Shown: positions 15,088 to 23,761, counted from the stretch's first letter. The stretch is 32,000 bases of DNA from Halorhodospira halophila SL1 (GCF_000015585.1 NC_008789.1:840001-872000); one strand, 5' to 3'. The notes: generated by a model not told the origin, from the sequence alone. Numbers and translations are program-made.

Positions 15088-18000
15088 TTGCGAGCGGCCC
15101 CGATGGTTCCACAGCTAACTGACTATAGTACGCTTATAATCCTCGGCGCCGGCGCCCCCCACCGTGGGGACCTTCCAGCCGCTCTGCGCGAGCCGCGCTC
15201 CGGCACTTCGGTCCTGCAGTGGCTGCTGGACGCGTCCGGCTGCTCGCTCGAGTGCACTACCTTCGTCGCTGGGTACCAAGCAGACGCAATTCGAGAGCGT
15301 TATCCCGATTTGGCGGTGGTGGAAAACCGGGATTGGGAGCACACGGGGAGTGGCGCTTCACTCCTGGCGGCGCCTTTTGGTACGAACTCCCCCCTGCTGG
15401 TCTGCTACAGCGACATCCTCTTCCGTCAGACAGTGCCCACGGCGCTGGCGCGCTGCGAGGCCGATGTGGCAGTGGCCTGGGACAGCGCCTGGGACCACCG
15501 CTACGCCGGGCGCGAGGCTGCGGACCTGGCCCGCTGCGAGAAGGTGATGGTCAACGGCGAGCGCATCGAGCGCCTCGGCGCCGACCTGCCGGTGGACTGG
15601 GCCGACGGCGAGTTCATTGGCCTGGTGCGCTTCTCCCCGCGCGCCCTGGAGTGGCTGGAGCGCCTGCGCGCGGACGGCCCCGAGAGCCTGCGCCAGCGCC
15701 ACCTCTCCGAATACATCGAATACCTGCGTGCGGCCGGCCTTTCGGTCGCCGGCGTCGATGTCGCTGGAGACTGGGCCGAGTTCAACGAACCACGGGACAT
15801 CGCCCACTTCATTCTCGGTACCAAGGCCGAGACATTGGGCCGGCTGCGCGGCATGGTCCGCCACGCGGTCATTCAGGACCAAGTCGTATGCACCGTCGCC
15901 GAGTGGCAAGCCGATCGCGCGGCGGTGATGGACCAGGTGCGCCAGCGCTTCACCGGAGAGCGGCTGGTTGTCCGCTCCAGCGCCCGTAGCGAGGACTCCT
16001 TCCACCATTCGAACGCTGGCGGCTACGACAGCCTGCTCAACGTCGATCCTCGGAATGGCCTTGAAGAGGCCGTCGAGCAAGTCATTGCTTCCTATGGGAC
16101 GGCGGATGACGACGACCAGGTGCTCATCCAGCCCATGGTCACCGACGTGGCCATGAGCGGCGTCGCCTTTACCCGTACCCTGGAGCACGGGGCACCGTGG
16201 TATGTGGTCAACTACGAGACCGCCGGCGACACCGAAGCCATCACCAGCGGGGCTAGCGGTGACCACCGCACGCTGCTGCTGCGCCGTGGCGCGGAACCCG
16301 AAACGCTGCCGGAGCCACGGCTGGGGCCGCTGGTGGCCGCACTGCACGAGATCGAGGCCCTCCTCGGTTACGACGCCCTGGACGTGGAATTCGCGCTCGA
16401 CCCCGCCGGCTCGGTGCACATCCTCCAGGTCCGACCCATCGCGGTAGATCGCAAGGGTAGCGACCTGGACGATAGTGCCTTCGACGCCGCCATGGCTGCC
16501 GCCCACGCCCGATGGGAGACGCTAACCCCGGCCCCACCCCACCTGCCCGGGGATCCGGCGCCGCTCTATGGCGTGATGCCCGACTGGAATCCGGCGGAGA
16601 TCATCGGCACCGCTCCGGGCGCCCTGGCCGCCAGTCTCTACCGTCACCTGATCATGGACGAGACCTGGGCCATCCAGCGCGCCGAGTACGGTTACCGCGA
16701 CGTGCGCCCGGCTCCACTGCTTGTGGAGTTCGCTGGCCACCCGTATGTGGATGTGCGTGCCAGCTTTGCCTCGTTCCTGCCGGCGGAACTCCCCGACGAT
16801 TTGGCCGGCCGGCTGCTGAGCTTCTACCTGGAGTGGCTGCGCCAGCGCCCGGAGCTCCACGACAAGGTGGAGTTCGAGGTGGTGCCCACCTGCCTGGCCC
16901 CCGGCTTCGAGGGCTGGGAGCGGCGCCTGCAGGAGGACGGCGGCTTCAGTACCGACGAGGTCCGCGCCCTGCGCGAGGGGCTACGCCGGATCACCGCCGG
17001 CGCCTTCCACCGCTGCGAGGACGATCTGGCGCAGATCGAGACCCTGCGCCAACGCTTCCAGGCGATCGAGGGCGATACCCGGCTGGCACCACTGGAGCGC
17101 GCACGGATCCTACTGGACGACTGCCGGCGGCTTGGGACACTGCCGTTCTCCCATCTGGCTCGCAGCGGTTTCGTCGCCGTAACACTGCTGCGCGAAGCCG
17201 AGGCGTGCGGGATGATCAGCGCAACCGCCCGGGAGAGCTTTCTCTCCACGGTCCGAACGGTGAGCCACCGGCTCACGGCGGACGCACGGGCCACCGCCAC
17301 CGGGGAGATGAGCGAGCACGCCTTTATCGCTCGTTACGGCCACCTGCGCCCGGGCACCTATGACATCACCTCGCCCCGTTACGACGCCGATCCAGAGCGC
17401 TTCCTCCGGCCGCTGGTGGAGCACGCCCGGGAGGCTGCCATGGAGGAAGAAAACCCTGGGCCCTGGCAAGCCGAGCGCGCAGCCTTCTTCTCGGCACTGG
17501 CCGAGCTCGGCCTGCCGGCCGACCCGGAGCGGGTCGAGACCTTCCTGCGTCAGGCCATCGAGGGGCGGGAATACGCCAAGTTCATCTTCAGCCGCAACCT
17601 GTCCGCGGCGCTGGAGGCACTGGCTGAGGCGGGAGCACAGTACGGTCTGGAGCGCGCCCAGGTCGCGCACCTGCCGCTGGACGAGCTACTCGCCCTGCGC
17701 TCCGCGGCGCGTTCTGATGAGGCGATCGCCCGTCATCTGAGGATGCGCGCCGATGAGGAGGCCGAGGCCCGGCGGGTGGCAGGGGCCTGCGAGCTACCGC
17801 CGCTGATCACCGGCCAGGCGGACCTGGATGCCTTCGTCATTGGTGCCGACCGACCCAACTTCATCGGCTCCGGCTGCATCACGGCGGACTGCCTGGACCT
17901 CGGCGATCAACCGGCCGATGCGGACCTAGACGTGTCCGGGCGGATCGTCCTCATCCCTCAGGCCGATCCCGGCTACGATTGGCTCTTCGGCCAGGGGATC

Positions 18001-18171
18001 ACCGGGCTGGTGACCCTCTACGGCGGCGCCAACTCGCACATGGCCATCCGCGCTGCGGAATTCGGTCTACCGGCCGCCATCGGCATTGGCGAGCAACGCT
18101 ACCGTGAATTGGCCCAAGCGCGAGTTGTCGAGCTTGCCCCGGCCAACGGCATCCTGCGGGTGGTCCGATGA
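15088..18171 (+). CDS. Three-part fusion: N-terminal nucleotidyltransferase-like domain + PPDK_N (ATP-grasp) domain + C-terminal PEP-utilizer phosphohistidine swivel domain; candidate L-glutamine kinase (Cj1418-like)
   Basis: The N-terminus (about 250 aa) has LIILGAGAPHRGDLPAAL and is paralogous to the 18803 gene. The middle has GTKAETLGRL...LVVRSSARSEDSFHHSNAGGYDSLLNV. The C-terminus has GLVTLYGGANSHMAIRAAEFGLPAAIG (His codon at 18037-18039). No TIM-barrel PEP/pyruvate domain is present. The start is either TTG 15088 or ATG 15103. Confidence 0.8.
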   Translation: MRAAPMVPQLTDYSTLIILGAGAPHRGDLPAALREPRSGTSVLQWLLDASGCSLECTTFVAGYQADAIRERYPDLAVVENRDWEHTGSGASLLAAPFGTNSPLLVCYSDILFRQTVPTALARCEADVAVAWDSAWDHRYAGREAADLARCEKVMVNGERIERLGADLPVDWADGEFIGLVRFSPRALEWLERLRADGPESLRQRHLSEYIEYLRAAGLSVAGVDVAGDWAEFNEPRDIAHFILGTKAETLGRLRGMVRHAVIQDQVVCTVAEWQADRAAVMDQVRQRFTGERLVVRSSARSEDSFHHSNAGGYDSLLNVDPRNGLEEAVEQVIASYGTADDDDQVLIQPMVTDVAMSGVAFTRTLEHGAPWYVVNYETAGDTEAITSGASGDHRTLLLRRGAEPETLPEPRLGPLVAALHEIEALLGYDALDVEFALDPAGSVHILQVRPIAVDRKGSDLDDSAFDAAMAAAHARWETLTPAPPHLPGDPAPLYGVMPDWNPAEIIGTAPGALAASLYRHLIMDETWAIQRAEYGYRDVRPAPLLVEFAGHPYVDVRASFASFLPAELPDDLAGRLLSFYLEWLRQRPELHDKVEFEVVPTCLAPGFEGWERRLQEDGGFSTDEVRALREGLRRITAGAFHRCEDDLAQIETLRQRFQAIEGDTRLAPLERARILLDDCRRLGTLPFSHLARSGFVAVTLLREAEACGMISATARESFLSTVRTVSHRLTADARATATGEMSEHAFIARYGHLRPGTYDITSPRYDADPERFLRPLVEHAREAAMEEENPGPWQAERAAFFSALAELGLPADPERVETFLRQAIEGREYAKFIFSRNLSAALEALAEAGAQYGLERAQVAHLPLDELLALRSAARSDEAIARHLRMRADEEAEARRVAGACELPPLITGQADLDAFVIGADRPNFIGSGCITADCLDLGDQPADADLDVSGRIVLIPQADPGYDWLFGQGITGLVTLYGGANSHMAIRAAEFGLPAAIGIGEQRYRELAQARVVELAPANGILRVVR

Positions 18172-18806
18172 GGCGCAGGGTTGCCGTCAGCCAGCGCTGC
18201 GATGCCGTGCCCGGGCGTGACGAGGTGCGCGACACCCTCGACGTGCGTTTGGCGACGCTGCTCTGGGATTTGGGGTTTCTGCCGGTTCCCATGGCCAGCC
18301 ACATCACCGATCGTGCTGCCTACTTTGAGGCCGTTGAGCCCGAGGCCGTGGTCCTTAGCGGCGGGAACAACATTGGCGAGGCCCCCGAGCGCGATCACTT
18401 AGAGATGGCCCTGCTTGATCACGCGGCCGCTTTTAGGCTGCCCGTAGTTGGGATCTGTCGCGGCATGCAGATGATGAACCACTACCAGGGTGGCGCCCTG
18501 CGGGCGGTCGCCAGGCATGTCGCGGTGCGCCACCGGGTCAGCGGCCCGCTGGCAGGGGCAGACCGCCGAGTGGTGAACAGCTACCACGACCAGGGCATGC
18601 TCGACGCCGACCTCGGTGACGACCTTGAGGCCATGGCCTGGTCCGAGGACGGCGCAGTGGAAGCGCTGCGCCACCGGGAGTGGCCGTGGCTCGGGATCAT
18701 GTGGCACCCGGAGCGCGACGCGCCCGTCGCTGAGTCTAACCGAAAGCTAATTCGAAACCACCTGGAAGGCCTACCTTTGGACCTTTCCCACGGAGAGACC
18801 TCATGA
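18168..18806 (+). CDS. Class-I glutamine amidotransferase-like hydrolase (peptidase C26 / PuuD-like); candidate gamma-glutamyl-phosphoramidate hydrolase (Cj1417-like)
   Basis: The nucleophile elbow VVGICRGMQMMN (Cys codon at 18456-18458) and GIMWHPER (His-Glu) are present. ATGA overlaps the upstream stop. Confidence 0.8.
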   Translation: MRRRVAVSQRCDAVPGRDEVRDTLDVRLATLLWDLGFLPVPMASHITDRAAYFEAVEPEAVVLSGGNNIGEAPERDHLEMALLDHAAAFRLPVVGICRGMQMMNHYQGGALRAVARHVAVRHRVSGPLAGADRRVVNSYHDQGMLDADLGDDLEAMAWSEDGAVEALRHREWPWLGIMWHPERDAPVAESNRKLIRNHLEGLPLDLSHGETS

Positions 18807-19552
18807 AAGCGATCATCCTGGCCGCTGGACAAGGTACCCGCCTGCGGCCCCTGACCGACGACAAGCCGAAGTGCCTCGTTGAGTTGGCGGGCAAATCCCT
18901 GCTCGACCACCAACTTGATGTGCTGCGCGCCGCCGGGGTCGATGACATCCACGTGGTCGCTGGCTACCGCGCCGATCAGCTGGAGCGACCCGGGTTCACC
19001 CGCCACATTAACGAGCGTTATGCCGAAACCAACATGGTCGGCACGCTCTTTGCTGCCGAGTCGGTGATGACTGGGGAGAGCGACCTGATTATTAGCTACG
19101 GCGACATCGTCTACGAGCCTCGGGTCCTGGCGGCGCTGCAAGCGGTGGACGCCCCGATCGGACTGGCGGTGGACCGCGAGTGGCGGCGCTACTGGGCGGC
19201 GCGCATGGACGACCCGCTGGCCGACGCCGAGACCCTGAAGCTCACCGATGGCGACCGGGTCGTGGAGTTGGGCAAGAAGCCGGAGGGCTACGCGGACATC
19301 CAGGGCCAGTACACCGGCCTCATCAAGGTCCGCGCCGACCATGTGCGACGGCTGCCCGAAGTCTGGCGCGCCATGGACCGGCACGCCACCTACGACGGCA
19401 AGGATTACGACAACATGTACATGACCAGCTTCATCCAGCACCTCATCGACATGGGCTGGGAAGCGCGCGCCGCCTTCATCGACAACGGCTGGGCGGAAGT
19501 GGACTGCGAGGCCGATCTCGCCGCAGCGACCGGGTTCTGGAGTGCGGGATAA
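18803..19552 (+). CDS. Sugar/phospho-X nucleotidyltransferase (LicC/cytidylyltransferase-like); candidate phosphoramidate cytidylyltransferase (Cj1416-like)
   Basis: MKAIILAAGQGTRLRPLTDDKPKCLVELAGKSLL is the canonical GxGxR signature, followed by YGDIVY. ATGA overlaps the upstream stop. Confidence 0.8.
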   Translation: MKAIILAAGQGTRLRPLTDDKPKCLVELAGKSLLDHQLDVLRAAGVDDIHVVAGYRADQLERPGFTRHINERYAETNMVGTLFAAESVMTGESDLIISYGDIVYEPRVLAALQAVDAPIGLAVDREWRRYWAARMDDPLADAETLKLTDGDRVVELGKKPEGYADIQGQYTGLIKVRADHVRRLPEVWRAMDRHATYDGKDYDNMYMTSFIQHLIDMGWEARAAFIDNGWAEVDCEADLAAATGFWSAG

Positions 19553-19582
19553 CGTGCTCAACCAACAATCAAAGGACACGCG

Positions 19583-21247
19583 ATGAGTCAAGCCGACACC
19601 GAGAACAAATTGCGTACCCGCTCTCCCGACGAGCTCTCTTTGCAGATGGAGGGACTCATTGCGCTCCGTGAGGTCCTCAGTGAGCACCTTGATCGTTGGT
19701 TTCTCAGCGGGGGAACGCTCCTCGGCGCTTATCGAGATGGCGACTTCATTCCATGGGATTGGGACGTTGAGGTGACGGTGCTTACCGAGGAAGCGCAACC
19801 GAAAGAGGGCGCACTTCTTAAAGCACTCCTCGAGGCCGGATTCACCATCACCTCATCCGATTCGTCGCATGAGAATTTTAAAATCGTCGCCTCCGGCTGG
19901 GGAACCGAGTACGAGATCCTCGGCCGGTACCTAGCCGAAGATGGCAACGGACGCATCCGGTTGATGACTGAAGTGCCCGCCCGCTTCTTTGAACAACATG
20001 AGCCTGTGACCTTTCGTGGGCACACCTTCCCCGCACCTAGCCCTACAGATGACTTTCTGGAAGCACTCTATGGAGACTGGCGAACACCGCTGAAGTCAGC
20101 CGATAAAAAGACCTACTTTTCTGGGACTGCATACCGCAAGAACACGCACTCTAGTCCTTCTGCGCGTACCGCCCAGATCCGCAAGCTGCTAGTCCCCGCA
20201 CAGGTGCGGGAGTTTCCTGAGGTTGGAAGGGCTGCCCTTGATCGCTTCCAGTCCTGGGATCAAGAACTGGGCTGGTGTAATCAGCCCAATGTCACGAAGG
20301 TCGATCAATCTGATCGATCGGCCGGCACCAAGAAAGACGCCCCCGGACTGGCCGTCTTCTCCACGGACGAGACGGGCTCCCGCAGTTGTCGCCACCCGAC
20401 CGAAAAACCAGATGTCAGCTGCTACGGCGACGGCTACTGCATGTGCCGGGACGTTCATGATCATGAGACCTTCCCTTGGTTCCTAGGCGACCGGAGGGGC
20501 ACCCGTGTCTCCAACTACGGCGTTGGCAACTACGGGCTTGACCAAGCCCTCCTCCGGCTGCGGCGAGACTACCGTAACGATCCGGCCGACACGGTCGTCC
20601 TTGCCGTCACCTCCATCACCATGGCGCGCTGTGTGTCCGTGTACCGACACTACCTAGAGCCCGGTAACCTCTTCGCGATCAAGCCACGGTTCCGGCTTTC
20701 CGAACAGGATGGATCACTGCAGACCGTTGATTACCCGCTCAACGACAAGCACGATCTCTTGAGGCTGGAAAAATATGCTGACTTCTTTCGCGGGAACGAC
20801 GAGCACTATAGCTTTTGGCGAAGGAGTCGAGTTAACTACTACACGCACCAATTACCAAAAAAGATCGGCGCTCGCTTTGGGGTCACTTCTTTACCCGCCC
20901 CTTACAAGACCTTTGAGTACGAGATTAGCTTCTGGCGGAGCCACGAGTGTTTATTTTTTGGGATGATGGGTTACTATCAGGCCTTGGCCGACAAACATGG
21001 GTTCCGGCCGATTTTTCTGCTCCAGCACCACAACCGAAGCCTTGAGTACCTGAAGGAACGACCGTCACACGAACTGCCCTGGGCCTCGGTACTGTCTAAG
21101 GCCGCGGACCACTTCCCGGGCATAACCTTCTTGGATGAAGCTAATATCTTTGCCGACTATCCGAATATTGACGAGCTGTACATAAGATCGCACCACTCTG
21201 CGCATGCGAATCGTATGATCGCCGATTATTTGAACAACTTTCTATGA
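19583..21247 (+). CDS. LicD-family phosphotransferase fused to a C-terminal SGNH/GDSL-like domain
   Basis: The N-terminus has FLSGGTLLGAYRDGDFIPWDWDVEVTV and FLEALYGDWRTP, which are LicD motifs. The C-terminus has SCYGDGYCMCRDVHDHETFPWFL...VSNYGVGNYGLDQALLRL and a terminal SHHSAHANRMIADYL, resembling SGNH blocks I, II and V with Gly where the block-I Ser is expected. AAAGGA lies 6 nt upstream of the ATG. Confidence 0.7.
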   Translation: MSQADTENKLRTRSPDELSLQMEGLIALREVLSEHLDRWFLSGGTLLGAYRDGDFIPWDWDVEVTVLTEEAQPKEGALLKALLEAGFTITSSDSSHENFKIVASGWGTEYEILGRYLAEDGNGRIRLMTEVPARFFEQHEPVTFRGHTFPAPSPTDDFLEALYGDWRTPLKSADKKTYFSGTAYRKNTHSSPSARTAQIRKLLVPAQVREFPEVGRAALDRFQSWDQELGWCNQPNVTKVDQSDRSAGTKKDAPGLAVFSTDETGSRSCRHPTEKPDVSCYGDGYCMCRDVHDHETFPWFLGDRRGTRVSNYGVGNYGLDQALLRLRRDYRNDPADTVVLAVTSITMARCVSVYRHYLEPGNLFAIKPRFRLSEQDGSLQTVDYPLNDKHDLLRLEKYADFFRGNDEHYSFWRRSRVNYYTHQLPKKIGARFGVTSLPAPYKTFEYEISFWRSHECLFFGMMGYYQALADKHGFRPIFLLQHHNRSLEYLKERPSHELPWASVLSKAADHFPGITFLDEANIFADYPNIDELYIRSHHSAHANRMIADYLNNFL

Positions 21248-22212
21248 CTTCAGAATCACCCAGCACTCCCAAAATCATCGTCCTTGGTACAACGTACTCT
21301 GGATCAGGCGCGGTCTATGACTATCTAGCCAACCGAGGGGACGGGTACGATCCACTCGCCGGGCACGAATACCTCCTCCCGCAGATACCTTATGGCCTGA
21401 TGTGTCTGCGCTCTGCAATAGGTGAATCGTTCCATCACGCTATAGCAGACCATGCCGTCAGGGCTTTTCTCTCCGTTACGGAACAACTGACACGCACAGG
21501 GACTCGGACTCGATATGGAAAGGGATATGGCGTACTCCTGCCGCGCTTCCTAGAGGAGGTTAGGCAGCTTGTGCACGATGCCACTGCCGCTGAATTCCCG
21601 TTACAGCTAGAATGGAGAAAAGCGGAAGAGACGCGGCTGAGGCGCACCGTCAATTGGGTGTTGGCCCGATTTCTCAGATACAGGTCACCCCCTGAGAACA
21701 CCTGGCTCCCGGTCCCTGAAAAGGAGTTCGTTCAACTTACGCAGCGTATGCACGACCGCCTCTTCGTGATGCCTTCAGGCACCTCGGCCAGTTTCACCCT
21801 TCTCAACCAGTCCGGCTCTGGCTGGAACCCGGTGGCGTCTACCGACTTTTTCTCACACAGAAAGGTCGTCCTGGTAACAAGAGACCCACGCGATCAGTTT
21901 GCCGAGTTGAAAACTTTTAAGCGTGCGCGTAACGTCGATGAGTTCGTCAAATGGTATCGTGCCATGCAACAGCGAATTGAGATCGAGCACCCGGATTTGC
22001 ACATTGTGCGCTTTGAAGATTTTGTTTTAGATCATCATGACGCCAAATCAAGCTTGTGCGTTTTTTCTGGGATTGAAGCAGATGTTCCAAGTTCATACTC
22101 GACCGAGATGTCAACTTTAAACATTTCAAAGTATCGACAAACGCTCTCCTCAGAAGAGATAGAAAAACTCGAAACGGAGCTTGGCCAGCACATCCGGGAA
22201 CGAGTTCAATGA
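21244..22212 (+). CDS. Sulfotransferase-fold protein
   Basis: KIIVLGTTYSGSGAVYDYL is 5'-PSB loop-like, VVLVTRDPRDQFAEL is 3'-PB-like, and IVRFEDFVLD is present. ATGA overlaps both neighbours. Confidence 0.65.
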   Translation: MTSESPSTPKIIVLGTTYSGSGAVYDYLANRGDGYDPLAGHEYLLPQIPYGLMCLRSAIGESFHHAIADHAVRAFLSVTEQLTRTGTRTRYGKGYGVLLPRFLEEVRQLVHDATAAEFPLQLEWRKAEETRLRRTVNWVLARFLRYRSPPENTWLPVPEKEFVQLTQRMHDRLFVMPSGTSASFTLLNQSGSGWNPVASTDFFSHRKVVLVTRDPRDQFAELKTFKRARNVDEFVKWYRAMQQRIEIEHPDLHIVRFEDFVLDHHDAKSSLCVFSGIEADVPSSYSTEMSTLNISKYRQTLSSEEIEKLETELGQHIRERVQ

Positions 22213-22448
22213 AGGTTCTATTCTTCATCGGCTCCCTCACCGGCGGTGGAGCCGAGTGCGTCACTGTTGGCCTAGCCAACTACCTCGTCCGGAACGGCCA
22301 CCAGGCCAGTCTCGTGACGATGCACAACACCGACCGGGACTTCTACATCCCCGATGACGGCGTTGGCCGGGTCTGCCTCAATCCCGCCGGCGAGAGCCTG
22401 GGCGTTGACAATTTAACCGCTAAGATGTCTGGGTTCAGGGCATTTTGA
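22209..22448 (+). pseudogene. 79-aa N-terminal stub of a GT4 glycosyltransferase
   Basis: MKVLFFIGSLTGGGAECVTVGLANYLVRNGHQASLV matches the start of GT4 enzymes. Compare PPIAFFVPSVIGGGAQRVFVTLANTLV in the 23762 gene. It stops after 79 codons, 1 nt before the next ATG. Confidence 0.6.
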
Positions 22449-22449
22449 G

Positions 22450-23604
22450 ATGCGCATCGCCTACCTCTCCAGCTCCACCATCCCCTCCGACTCAGCAAAC
22501 AGCATCCACGTCATGAAGATGTGCCAGGCCATCGCACGGCTCGGCCATGACGTACGGCTCATTGCGCCGGATAGGCTGGACACTCTGCGCGCGCAGGCCG
22601 CTACCTGCCCTCACGTTTTCTATGGCGTCGAAGACAACTTCACGATACACCGCGAGCACTGGCCTTCGATCAAGGGCCGAGGGTATTGGTATGGCTTGCG
22701 TGCCGCCCGAGCGGCGAAACGGTGGGGCGCGGAGCTCGCGTACGGCCGCAACACCGCAGCCTGCTTCTTTGCGGCTCAGCTGGGCCTGCCCGTACTGTAT
22801 GAATCGCACTTCCCGATCAACGACTCGGGGCGTCTTCAACGGGCACTCTTCCGGCGCTTGATCCGCAGCCGGCACTTCCGGGGCCTGGCTGTTATCACTC
22901 ATGCGTTAAAAGAGCACTACGAGCACCACTGGCCCGAACTGAAGGGCCGGATCACTGTTGCCCCCGACGGCGCGGATCCCTTGGATGACTCGATGGAACC
23001 TATACCGCTCGCTTCCGATGAGAAGCGGTTACAGGTGGGCTATGCCGGCAACCTATACCCCGGAAAAGGCATGGAGGTCGTCCTGCCCCTGGCGCGCCAA
23101 TGCCCTTGGGCGGACTTCCACGTCATTGGCGGCACCGCAGAGGACCTATCCGCTTGGCTCGGAAGTGAACACCGACCGTCTAACCTTCGGTGCCATGGGC
23201 GCCAGCCCCCCAGCGAAGTGCCTCGCTACCTCCTCGCGATGGATGTCTTACTGCTGCCGAACCAGAAGCACGTAAGTACCCAAGGGGGCAACACCGACAT
23301 CGGGCGTTGGACCTCGCCTTTAAAAGCTTTTGAGTACATGGCCGCCGGGCGCGCGATTCTTTGTTCCGATGTGCCGGTCTTGCGCGAGGTCGCGGTACAC
23401 GGACGGAACGCCCTGCTTTGCTCCCCCGACCAGGTTGATGACTGGGCGACCGCGCTTGAAAGCCTTCGTGACGATCCGGATTTACGCAAGCACCTGGGGA
23501 AGAGGGCGCGCCGGGAGTTGGAAGAAACATACACGTGGACGGCACGGGCTGAGCGTGCCCTAACGGCTACTCCTGGTACGGATGGCCACCCATCGCGCCG
23601 CTGA
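22450..23604 (+). CDS. Glycosyltransferase family 4
   Basis: MRIAYLSSSTIPSDSANSIHVMKMCQAIARLGHDV is the N-terminus. The C-terminal region has SPLKAFEYMAAGRAILCSDVPVLREV (EX7E-type). Confidence 0.75.
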   Translation: MRIAYLSSSTIPSDSANSIHVMKMCQAIARLGHDVRLIAPDRLDTLRAQAATCPHVFYGVEDNFTIHREHWPSIKGRGYWYGLRAARAAKRWGAELAYGRNTAACFFAAQLGLPVLYESHFPINDSGRLQRALFRRLIRSRHFRGLAVITHALKEHYEHHWPELKGRITVAPDGADPLDDSMEPIPLASDEKRLQVGYAGNLYPGKGMEVVLPLARQCPWADFHVIGGTAEDLSAWLGSEHRPSNLRCHGRQPPSEVPRYLLAMDVLLLPNQKHVSTQGGNTDIGRWTSPLKAFEYMAAGRAILCSDVPVLREVAVHGRNALLCSPDQVDDWATALESLRDDPDLRKHLGKRARRELEETYTWTARAERALTATPGTDGHPSRR

Positions 23605-23761
23605 GCCCACTCATCGCCGGACCTCTTAGGTGAACTGCAGCGCGCAACGCGACGATCAACAGCGTATAGCGTTATCTCACGGGGGGCGTTTGACTCCATT
23701 GGGTCTGATCAGCGTCACCACCTACTTTTCCAGAACTAGGGAGCACCAGTTGGCCTCCACC

